Origin: Raillietiella orientalis
Taxonomy: Eukaryota
Length of the DNA: 64,000 bases
NCBI GenBank assembly: GCA_036172245.1
Contig: JAYWIR010000030.1
Coordinates: 2,604,001 to 2,668,000 of the forward strand
Direction of reading: 5' to 3'
Below the pieces are notes generated by a model. The model worked only from the letters and a program-made list of their open reading frames with translations, made no database searches and was not told the DNA's origin. Below are positions 49,301 to 61,084 of this stretch, one piece after another. The translations under genes and the position numbers were made by a program. Within the stretch, counting starts at the first letter, position 1. Each line of letters begins with the position of its first letter.

Positions 49301-52300
49301 CACGCAACATCTGAGAGGAACAGCGACTTCCTCTTAACAAAGGAAAATTCTGGAAAATCCCTTGTGATGAAAATTGATTCCGATTTGACTCATTTTAACT
49401 GGAAGCACTCGAAACGGCTCAACGGACGTCTCACGGACCGCTCGGTTGCATCTCGACGGACGCCCCCTGCAGACGCTGAGAGCCATATGCATCACGAACG
49501 ATCCTTTAGCTGCCTCGGGAAACTATCCTCTTCCTTCTAACAAGAGGAGGAATCATGAGCAGAGGTGAACGTCTGGACATCCCTGCTGTGTGCACTTCAC
49601 AGTGAGGTCAAAGGCACAAGAAGCCTGCCGGAGCAGAAGCGAACCTGAAAAAAAATCCGCTGCTGGAATAGACAGCTACCAGCCATGGCTGACAAGACTG
49701 CCTGGAATCTAGGGTCATGACGGCTCTGCTGATGGAGGAGAAGGTTCAGGTCCTCTAGCAGCTGGAATTCAAAGTAATCTGGAGTCGATGAGAGTCCACG
49801 AGCGGAAACATACATGTGGCTGATCCCTCGTGATCTCCAAGGATTCCGTGTTTTAGAATTCCATGGTTAGTTGCTGGCTGTTAGTATCTTGGAGACAGCC
49901 GCACTAAATCAGAAAAAGGAATGAGCAGCAGCAGGCATCTTGGTAAAGCACATGGACATCTGCTTCTGTTGCTTAACCTGCTTTCTAAATTCTTGGCATT
50001 TTCCTTCAGGACCGCCAATTCCTGAAAACGCATTTGGAAGATCTTCCTTGGAGACCTCTGGAGATGTCATAAGCCCGGAGAGAAAAACGAGTAAGAAAAA
50101 CCTCTGAAGAATGTCGGAAGCAACGGAATCGAGCAAACCACAATTCAGAAAAGATTGACGAGTATGCACATCTGTAAATTCAGGAAGAGACAGCAAAATG
50201 GGAGGAGCAGCCGAGGCAGTCGGAAGCATAAGAAGCGGAGCCGTGCAAGAGCTCGTGACATTGCGTCTCCGAACGGCAAGCACTCGTTTCCACACGGCGT
50301 CACAAAAAATGCTGCAGATACGGAAAGTGGGCATCTGCTTTCTAAAATCCTCATTTCCCTAATTTATTCCATCGTCTTCCGCGTGATAGCGCCCAGATAG
50401 CTCCCTTTCTTCAGGTGTGGAAGATCACGGAGGCGCCTCTCCTTATAAAAGTCCCACAAAAATTCTCCATTTTTTTATGTTTTCGGAATTTCGGGCCATC
50501 GCATTGTGGGTCACGATCAAGCATTTAAGAAGTGTTCCTCTCTTTCACCATCCTTCGTGGTACCTATCGCGGAATTAGTTCTTGCGCGCAAGCTGTCCAA
50601 CCCTTGCTACGTGAGTGGAACGCCGTTGGCGCGTACGTTTCTCCAAGCTGACCATCGCAAGCGTACAGAGCTCTTCGAGTCCCAAGACCCAAAGCCTTAG
50701 CCGTGGGCCCACTCAACTAAAACTGGGTACTCTGGATTCGACCTCCTCTATTGCCCAAGGACGGAACTGTATTGACAGCTACCAAACAGAAGGTCGGCCT
50801 GAACCGGGGTCCAAGGAAACAGAGACTCGTTCGAAGAGTAAACGAGAGCTGGAATCAGCGAAAATCACGTTGGCGTTCATGGAGGAGAGTCAACATAAAT
50901 GGCATGGATGTTGAGGAAGCAACGACATGCGAAGAGTGTTTTACCGAGTACGTAGAAGCAAAAACGCAAAAAGGATCTTCGACCCTCATCATACGCGAGA
51001 TCTCCTTCTTTGATGCTAAAAGCCGCTTCGCTTCCGTGCGAAAGAATTCCTTAAGCTCTCAACAGCACAAGAACTGCGGAAACCCATTAAACTTCCCTCC
51101 TCATGCACAGACTTTGGTCTTCATCGATCCTTCCTGATCTGGTGATCGCTCAATGAATTTGGGATTATATTTATTATTATTATTCCACGTTCATTTCACT
51201 TTGCATCGTAGCTATCTGCATTCCTAGCTGACATGAATTTCTGCAGATCCTCCATGCGATGTACTTGAAAGATCTGCTCTAACAGGCCGAATTGCTCCGG
51301 CTGCCTTCCATTTCTAGGGAATCGGATGCCAATACGCGCCCTAATGGCGGCATAGACTTCTGGGAAGAGTTGTGAGCACGTCTGTAACTTTCTCCATCCT
51401 CTACACTCCCTTCCCTAACAAGTTCTATTAGTGTGTAGACTGACATATACACTGCCCCAGAGTCCAAGCAGGGTTCCTGGGCGCTTGTGCGTTTGCAAAC
51501 CCTATTCCTCTCCTCTGATGTAACGAGCCTTTCTTCGCGGCAGAAGGAAGCTCCGAAATTCCTCAGCGCCCACAGACTCACAGATTCCATCTACTGAACT
51601 CTGTCGTCGACGAGGAAGGATTTCTGGCATCTAAAATATTTCCAGTCAAAGGGAATTCAGAAGTGATACAGCCTCCTTTTCTCCATAGCTTTCTTCAGTC
51701 TTCAAGTAGGAAGTGTTTCTTCTTCAAAGCAATGCATTCCATCTCCTTTGTCGGAAAACAACCATTAAGTGTTCGCCTCGCGCAAGAGCACGCTTGGGTA
51801 ATTTTGCAGGTGAAGCACAGCACGATCTTAGGTTTTCAGTGTGATTTGCTCTTAACCTAATGGTTGCCTTTAGAAGGAACCACCAGTCGAAACCTGGAGA
51901 TGAGAAAATTGACGTTGCAGAATCCCCTGTGGGTACGATAATGATATCTTCGGACACCCTGATACCTTTGGACTCCGCCACTGAAGAAGTACCTCGGTGA
52001 ACAATAACTTCGTGTGAGACTATACCAAATTGAGGATAGAGAGCTAATACCATCCATAGACCATTTACAGGAGCTGGATACCATCTACCAACAGGAGCTC
52101 CATTGAGATGAATCCCTTGAAACTGTACTTCCTTCATCTACTCCACTGAGCCATGCTTTCGATGGAAAAATGAAAATGAAATATTGCGATAATGCAGGAT
52201 GATCTCGAGGGCCAGACAAGAAGACAACGTGTAGAGCGCAAACAGATAATTACTCGATATTGCATAAACGTGAATAAGTGGGAATCTTTTTATAGATTGT

Positions 52301-54471
52301 ATTTTAAGCAAGCCACTAATAAGCTCCCTCATAACAGCATCCTGGGCAACGAGAAAGGGGTCATTCTCATGGTAGGTACAACCGCCCACACACCCTCTTC
52401 GTGCTGCTACGATACACCATTTGTATCCTAACAGATTTTATTGGTTCACATACATAACGAAATTTTCTCAGACAGACTGCTGCTACAATTCCAAGAGGAA
52501 CAAAAGTCTGTTCAAGATAACTCAGACTCAGTGGATGCGAAGATACCACGGCACACGAATCGATAAAATGAGGACGCACATTGTATGCAAAAGCGGACTC
52601 ATCTGTAGAAGGGTTTTAGAGGACAGTGTTCTAATAAAGGTGTACAAGATATGTGGAATCCGCAAACTTTTTACAAACAGTGCTTTCTTGTCAATAGACG
52701 TAATCAGAAATCTATCTTAATAGCAGCAGTTTCAAAAAACGTGCTGAAACAATTCTCAGAAAGTAATAACCTTTCTCAATGTAATACTTCGGTTGGTTTT
52801 ATCCATACTGGGAAGCATACTGAGGCAGAAGACGAGGATGCAAGCTCTTCCAAATAGAATTACCATGAAATTTCAAGGGAGCATCGAAATAGGAAGCAGG
52901 AATCCTCATTTGTCAAGTCATCTGGAATTTAGAAAACAAATATTTGTTTCTGTTTCGGCTCGACTAAGATGCCAGAGGAAGACCATGCAACCAAACAGGA
53001 AAAAACTGGCAGAATCCACAGGTCGAAGGATAGCATTTTAGGTTTTCGATCGTAGCGATTCTGGAGATGGCTTCATTGAGATTTAAGATTAGCGACGAAT
53101 AATCAAAGCTTTGATGAGACATCAAACTATGCTTGCAAGTAGTCGTGTCTAAGTTTTTTTCAAACTTTATGTACCATTTCAGTAGGCCATAGCTAAAAAT
53201 CTTAGGTATCCAAATAGGGATCCTCGAAGAATGTCTCATTGACAGATAGCAAGGAAAGTGAAGTTGTAAAGAGCCATGTGCTTTTCATAGAACTGTGGAG
53301 GTCAGAAATAAAGAATTCATCTCGTGACTATAGAAGTCACAGCTGTTCAGGAAGCTTTGAAATCAAGGAATCATTTTGCTGATCCGAGAATGAAACAAGA
53401 CAGCCCATCACCAACGGTAATTTTTTTCAGGAAGAGTATTTCATTTTCAGAGCTTGCAAGTGGAAGTTCTCGAAGTCAGAATCATATGCGACGGAAGATA
53501 ATAAAGTCCTTTATTAGAAGGTTGTGGCAGTCACCGAAGTTGTTCAAGACAAGAAACATCGTTTTTCGATTCGGAATGGGCATCTTGCGGGATTCTGTCT
53601 CGTACTGCCCCAAATGATCGTTGCAGAATTTCTGGATCGAGAACGTCCATGGATTGGGAACGTTCGAGATTTCAAGGATACGAATGGTTCCATTGGCTAA
53701 GAACCTATGAAGTAACTTGAACCTTACTTTCTGTACCACGATTTTTTTTTTTATCATTCCAACTTCACGTTCCTTGCATCTATCAATGAGCAATAATTCG
53801 AGGATCCCTATTTTGATACCCAAAATTTTTACTAGCGTGGCCCCATATGAGAACGCATAAACGCAAAATGACCAGATGATTCAGGACATTGCATTCAGCA
53901 TCAACTTGAGGCTTACAATTGTGCAGATTTATGAATCACAATAGAAGATCAATGTTAGAATCTCACATGGATTCAATAAACAAGAAACAATTCCTCAACC
54001 TTTACTTCAATAAAACGATGGATGCAGAACAGTGAATACAAATTGGATTCATCTCTCACTCTGAGCTTTGTAGAACTCATGGCTTCTCTGAAGCAAAAGA
54101 TCGTTGAAGATGGTAAACATCGATCAATGTAAGGTCCGCAAAAAAATTGAAATGATTGCTTCTGTTGGACCAAAGATAAATTAAGGCAAGATTGAAAAAC
54201 AGATTATCTGGTCATTTCAATGAAGCACCGGAAGGAATAAATGGTTATTTATTAGTGAATCGTGAAGTAATTATGTAGGCAAATATTGGATTTTACTATA
54301 ATCTGCTTCCAGAACTCTTGTTTTCGGATATTTGTATCTTGAGCTTTCTGACTCCAGGTCTCTTGAGACCTCAGTGCAGTTACTGGGATTTTTTCTACTG
54401 GATCCACATCAAGACCAACTATTATCAGTCTGCTGACGGTTCCATGGCTCCATTTATTTGTTTACCCTCAG

Positions 54472-54563
54472 CTTTCTGAGAGCATCAATGCATTTCGGTC
54501 CGATTTCGGCGCGAATGACAAAGTTAATGATTCTCTGGATTATTTGGAACATTCTGAAACTTG
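54472..54563 (+). CDS. Candidate short exon, frame unresolved
   Basis: Acceptor tttgtttaccctcag| and consensus donor TTG|gtaagt. Two frames are open (LSESINAFRSDFGANDK... or FLRASMHFGPISAR...). Confidence 0.3.
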
Positions 54564-55552
54564 GTAAGTCCCTTGATGAATGATCAATGCTTCAGATAAG
54601 GTTAATGGGTTATTAATACATCAGTAGTTGACAAACGGGGACAAATACAAGCCTATGCTGAATGACGATTGAACAACGGTGGCATTCGTTGCACAAAAAT
54701 TGGTGATACAGAAAGTTAGGTGTATACGCCGGGGTTACGATCGGCTCATTTCATAGGTACTTAGATATTGGGAATCAAAAAGAGTGGTTCTGCAAAGGTT
54801 AAGAATATGGAAACTTGAAGAGAATCTTAATCAGAGATCAAGCAAAGCACAACTGAATGAAAAACCCATAAGAGCATGAAGTTTGCTAATTATTATTCGT
54901 GGAGTGTTAATCTGCACATGGAAGATGAGTTTGCTGTTCCTAACTCAGGAGCTAATTTCGAAAAGCGTCTTCTGCCACTTCCTGCATTTGTGTTTGACCT
55001 CAGGTTTCTATATGATTCGCGCTAAACAAAAGAGTACCTTCACTTTTACTCAACGAAGATTCATTCGAGGATTTTTTCGATCTCCCTTTGTAAAGTGAAT
55101 GCTAAATGGAGGAATCGACATCTCCTTCGGAACATACCTAGTCAAGTTACCGGAATACTTGTGCCCAAAACAAGTATTTCCTTTTTTACTATCATTTTCA
55201 ATAATATTCTACGTCATGCACATCCATAATAGTATTTTCATTTCAAATACAGGCGACTTGGAAAACAGAAATGTGAGCAGATCCTTTTACAGCCATCTTT
55301 ACTGGAAGTGCTGCCTTTATCTTTGTTACAAGATTTACTTTACAAGGAGAGGGCGAAAGCACCCAATTTCCTTAGTGGAGAACGCCAGGTTTGTGCGTTT
55401 CCCATGTTCGCGGTGCGCCTCAAAGACACGAAATTTCGCAGTGATGACAGCCAAATTGATGCGGTGAATCTTCCCGTTGACTGTTTGTCTATACTGGATG
55501 CCTAAAGGCTTCCAGGGTTCTGAAGGAATCGTAGGGGATCACGGATCGTGGA

Positions 55553-55568
55553 GGGGGGGGGGGGGGGG
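55553..55568 (+). repeat. G16 homopolymer
   Basis: 16 consecutive G. Other runs: A19 at 5384-5402, A17 at 19668-19684, C12 at 36748-36759. Confidence 0.95.
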
Positions 55569-57500
55569 AGAAGCACCGGGTATGCAGAATCACACGCCCA
55601 ACCCGTTTCCGTAGGGGAATCTCCGACTTGAGCGCGACCACCTGGGCTCGCAGGGCAAGGGCCGTCACGAAGCCGGCGCCTTTCAACGACCGCGATTTGC
55701 ATTTCAGCGTCCGAATACCGGAAAAAGGGTTCTCGCATTTCCTTCATTTCCTGCCTTTCAACATTGATGAAAATTTCCGCTTTCAGAAGTGCTGTGCATC
55801 TCTTCCTGTTTTGGACGCCTCTTCCCTTGACCCAATGAAATGGCCGTGCGTTCATTTGAGGAACAAAAGCAGCAACCATGCAGCAACAGAACAGTTCGTT
55901 CTTTTTCTGTGATAATACCTTTGATCTCCGGGTAATTTGCACCTGCATTCATTATCATGATGACTTGTATTTCCTGTCTTTTCTGCAAAGATAATTGATA
56001 CGCTCATCCCCATTAGTGCGCCTCTCCCAATGCCAGACTGCAAGCGCCATTCATTCGCAGTGATTGCACATCAGGTTAATCTCTTAATCTCTCGCTCCTC
56101 AGTTTTTGTTTTCTTGGCATCATTTGCTTCCCGGCATCACCAAGGTGGTGTTCTTTGCAGACTGCCCATGTCATTATTTACGGTTAGTATGATAATTATG
56201 ATTGGATGTCAGAAGGCGCTGATGCCAAGCACCGCTGCATTTTGATTACTACCTTACCTTTATTTGGCATCTGCCTTGGAGTACTTGTGGCTGCTGTCAT
56301 TGACTTGCCATGATTGCACATCTGTCATATAGAGAAGAGTTCTTTCTTCGTGAATTCAAGCGTCCCATGATGTGCAGGGCAGCTGGTTTCTATCACACGT
56401 CTTGTTCCTGATACTCGTCCTCAGCTTATCAGTGGTGCCACTTTCCTTTTTGATAAAAGAACCAATGCACTCGGGTTTTCACGGATAAAAAAGGGGCTCG
56501 AAACAATCCAATGTATTCGCATAAATAAATAAAAGAAAACAAGGGAACCAATCGAGTAATAGATGAAAAGACCGTACCAGATTGCTAATCACTCCACTTT
56601 CAATAAAAAATGGAATACGAATTTCTGACTCTCATAAAGCCTTTGATCAAATGCTTTAATTGTAACATATTTATGCTTGTTGGAATATAATGGAAATTAG
56701 TTCATTCGCTAAAATGAGTTTTCCTTCTTGCTACAATTCAATGTACGGATCTTTCTGTGCTTCCTGGTTACCTTTTTCTCTTTAATTCGCAATTGGTGCC
56801 ACTCTCTCTCCCACGACTCGCTTCGGCCTTCCAGTAGTATGCATTTGCAGTTTCCGCCATTTGCTCAATCCTTCTTCATATAAATAGATGATAAACAGAC
56901 ATCTCTGTGCCTCCCACAAAACAACAAACAAGCAATCAGAACTGTCATCACTGCTGGTAAGGACTTACACGGCTACGAGGTTTCATTGAAATCAGGACTC
57001 AACTTCGAACTTCTTAGAGCACTGATGTCAGGAGATACTGTGATTCTGTGAGCGTGGTAGGATTTCGTTGACTCCATTTGGTAGTGTGACTGACCCCCAT
57101 TCGTTAGCTTCTGAAGCTTGCATTGGGGTTTCCAAGATGATTTAGCAGGAAGTTGGTAGAACTACACTCGAGCCAGGGTTTCGTCGATTCCGCTGTCAGC
57201 TCGAATTGTAGTAAGAAACACCTAATAGTCGCAGAGCAGCCGACAGAGTTTCTCAAGCTGCAAAACGAGAGTTCCAGATTGTTTCATCTGCCAAGTTTGC
57301 AGCGCCCGTGCTGACCTGAATCCAGAGTCCACCCTTGGCGAGCATCGTCCTTGTGCACAGATTGCGGCCACTTGCGTACCGATATGTGCACAGATGCACA
57401 AAACAAGATTCATCTATACCGAATGTGCATTTCAGTGCAAAAAAGGTGCAGGACGAGCGATTTTATCAAATTTCGAGGCTTTGGCTGAGGATAAAGGATG

Positions 57501-57534
57501 CTCAAGATAAGTTTTAGCTAAAACTTATCTTGAG
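57501..57534. repeat. Perfect 34-bp palindrome with no spacer
   Basis: ctcaagataagttttag|ctaaaacttatcttgag; the 17-bp halves are exact reverse complements. Confidence 0.97.
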
Positions 57535-59829
57535 TGGGAGTTTGGCTCAACACTGAGCCATATCGGCGCAGCCAACTGCTACCTGGTGGCCGTTTACCTG
57601 CTGCCTGAAGGAAAGGAATTTTTGGTTATGAAAAACGCAAGATTGAACGAAACCACCTTTCAGCGGTTTCACAAATCTTGGGTGCTCCCAGCGAAAGCGT
57701 AGGACAAGTGCGAAGATGGAGGGAAAAGTCATCTCCAGAAGATGAATCATCGAGACCGGAATCCTCTACCGGTGGGAAATTTTCTTTTATACAGCATCCA
57801 GCTTCTGTATTCGCAGCCATGTAGACTTTATATGTCATAATTAAGGCAGCGTATGCATGCCTTTCGTGTATGCTTCTCTGAGATATATCTTCTGCGAGAT
57901 ATCACTCTTACAGCTATCTCCTTCTTCGTGTACTCAAATTTATTCCAGGAACTTGGCATCTTCATCACATCGAAGTATGGGTTCGAAACAAGCAAGAAAA
58001 CATTCAAGTTTTGTACGATGCTGACCATCGCTCCGACGAGCTGGTGGAAAGCCTACTTTCCCTAAAATCATCCTCTGATACGCTCGTTTCGAACACCATG
58101 CTGTTCGTGTACGTGACCCGTTCGCAGCGGAAAGCTTCCCTTTTGATATGTTCGCACTATCAGAAATCGCTTTTTTTTTTTTCAAACAGCATAGCAATGA
58201 TTAACAGGCTTTGTCTGCCCCTGTCTCCGCGCTTAATGTCAAGTGATTGTATATTTTACAGTCACATTTGCGTCTCTTCACACCGACTCGCAATCCAAGG
58301 GGGGAGGTTCTGAAGTTGAGAAAAGGCAACCAAGCAGAGCATTTACTAGATGAGATTTGTAAGATGGAGACAAATGTCGTCTTAACCGTGAAATGGCTGA
58401 AGTGGCACAAGGCCAACAACGGCAACGAAAAGCTGAGCATCCTCAAACTATGCTGAAAAGGAAATCATTGGATGGATGTGGGGAGAATGGCGGTTGACAG
58501 ACGTCATTCAGGTCATTATGGGTCGGGAAGAGACAAGACCGATGAACAAACTAGCGATACAAATGGAATCAATAAACTCCAAAGGAGCATTGTGGTACAG
58601 CATTGTGGTACTCGGAAGCAATTCATAATAACTGATGAACTAATGGAAACGGCTACGTTAAGGGGTGGCTGATGCACGAACCCGCTTTGTAATCCAGAAC
58701 GAAGGAACTTCAGGATTCCTGCTTCATCTGACAAGCGACGATCCAATAAATCGAGATCACTGGTGAAGTCTCGAGATGAAGTCCATTTATCAATGGCTTG
58801 CAGAATATTGAAGGAAAACGAGACCACAATGCAGCATCTCAACTGCACTTCTCAAATTAAGGGGATGTTTAGAGAACATCAAACTTCATTCAGCAGGCAG
58901 AAAGGATCCCTGAGGGCATTTCCCTCAAGAGTGAATGCCTGAATGAAAACGGAAGCCGAGAGAGCTGAGCGGAAATGTCTCAAGCGATTCTCACTGACGA
59001 ATAGATCGATCTTTCCGAAAATTATCTTCCTTCCTTCTAATTGCTCTCGTTAGCAAATGATGGAAAACAGCGACTCGCAACATGCAGATTCGCACACGTG
59101 GAAAAAAAAGTGGGTGTGACCGCCCTCTAGAAAGCAGACCGATCGTGAGACACTCGCACAGATAGATCAAGAATAGGTCGAGGAAGATGGGATTCGGGCA
59201 AGTGACAGCATAGGGTTTAAAAGAAAAGAAAAAAAAGCTTCAAGGAAGTGGATCGATAAACAGCGTTCCTTGAGAATGCTGATGATGATGAATCGATATT
59301 CAATCATGGTGCAGTGGAAAGCATAGAATTATTAGCATCTGCTAAAAATGAAGGCGGCGGCAGAAGCCTAGAGGTTATGAACGGTAATTACCAAAGACTC
59401 AGTGTAAGTCCGCCTACGCTTACTGTATGCAATGTAATTCGAATATCATTCGATGTGATTGTGAAAGATGGATGCGAACAAGTGATGACCACGTGAGAGA
59501 TTCCACCATCCCTATGATGTGACGTTGAACACGGAAAATGTTTGCAGATATCATTGATTCTGATTGGAACCTACCAAAGATTTCTCCGTGGCGATCTGGT
59601 GTCCACACTGTCAACGCACATTTCCCCAGGAATATTCGTGGGTCTTTTTCTTTACAAGTGAACATTGGAGAAATCGAGTGAAAGTCCACGTGTAGAAGGA
59701 GAAATGCAATGAGAATAAGCCTTCTCACATTTGTGATTCTTGAAGTGAGATTGCATTTGTTTTAGGGAATAGCAATTCAAAGAATCATCATTTCTGTTTT
59801 GCTATAGCGCCGACAAAAGATGAAATTTC

Positions 59830-61084
59830 CTATGAAGCACTGTTGACTTTAGCGAGTGAATGAGAGATCGGAGATGATCTATGAGCAAGAAGCATAAGTA
59901 GCTCGTAAGAAAGATGTTCGGGCTGCACATCACCTGTTGAGAAGGAAACGTTTAACCTTTTCCCACCCGAAACCACAAACGGCTTCCAGTGGAGAAGTCG
60001 AAAAGCGATTTTCAAAGAGACTGACTGCCTCGTTAAGGCAGTTCTCTTCGCTCATCTTCATCGAGAGATGTTCCTTCAAAGTGGATATTTCACGAACTTC
60101 GTCTTCAGAGCAGTTTGAATAAACCTCATCCTTTTTATAAGTTGATGGAAAAAGGTGAAAAAGATTTATGACGAAAAAGGATTTGCATTTTCGTTTTCTC
60201 TATTCCCTTGAAGGAATGCTTTAAAAAAAAAAAAGTTCTACTTGTTGCGTAGTCCGCTTTTTGCATTTTCTCGGCTTCTTCTCCAGTCCACTTTAAACGA
60301 GAAAGCAACCGAAATAGGCACTCGGGTCCAGAAAATAAAAACAGTTTGCTAGTAATCATACAGTAATAGAGACAGAAATCAACGAGGAATGTTGAAAGGC
60401 TAAAGAAGGAAAATTGTTACTCTAAGACTTCTGGAAGGCAGAAAAATGGAATGGAGTTAAATGCCCACAAGTAGCAAGATAGCGGAGTCAACTTCCCCAT
60501 TTCAGCCTGCTAGCTACTACAAAAGAATAGAAGGAGCCCCCAAAAGCATTCCGAGGAAGTACCGAGCAAAACTGGCTGCCAGAGGGAATCATTGGGAAAC
60601 CTCCCGAAACCTTTGCGATCCGTTTCCGGCGAATGCTGGGTTTCCCCACCAACAGCCTCAGAAGGCAAAATGCAAGTTCCGTAGAGGCAAACCATTAAAA
60701 GGGAACAAAGAAGCAGGGAACTACGAGAACGGGAACGGGTAGGCAAAAGAGGAAAGCTGAATAATTGTCAGTTCTGACACAACCAAGAGCAGGAATGCTT
60801 CTAACACAAAGCTCCGCGAAAGAGAAAAAAGCAAAATGCAATTGAAACCAAAGAGATGTTTTAACATGCTGTAGAAATTCAATTTCGTTTGATGGATCAT
60901 TTAGAGGATTGAATTCATAAAGGCTGTCAGTAGAACGACTGGTTGTCAGAGTTGAAAGCAGGACAGCCGTAAGCAAAGAATCGGAATCCTGTGAGCGTTT
61001 CTTCACTCTCCCAAGAGCGGGTTCCAACAGTTTTAAAAGATTAGTTTCCAATGATTCTGTATCCTCCTGATCTTTTTCAGATTG
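59830..61084 (-). CDS. Candidate 3' part of a multi-exon gene (61084-60866, 60130-59934, 59878-59830), unknown product
   Basis: Phase-consistent joins give QSEKDQEDTESLETNLLKLLEPALGR...NEIEFLQH|DEVYSNCSEDEVREISTLKEHL...VCGFGWEKVKRFLLNR|SSPISHSLAKVNSAS*. The 55-nt intron 59933-59879 is clean (gtgatg...cttcttgctcatag). The upstream acceptors are weaker. Confidence 0.35.

Noticed and set aside
51724..52720. Chain of 80-140 aa ORFs on both strands
   Set aside because: No phase-consistent, well-signalled exon chain or recognisable product could be built.
57949..58108. Exon-like TWHLHHIEVWV... recalling the PLAT/LH2 W-x-L-x-x-V-x-V strand
   Set aside because: It is a single short motif, and the flanking sequence does not fit the domain.
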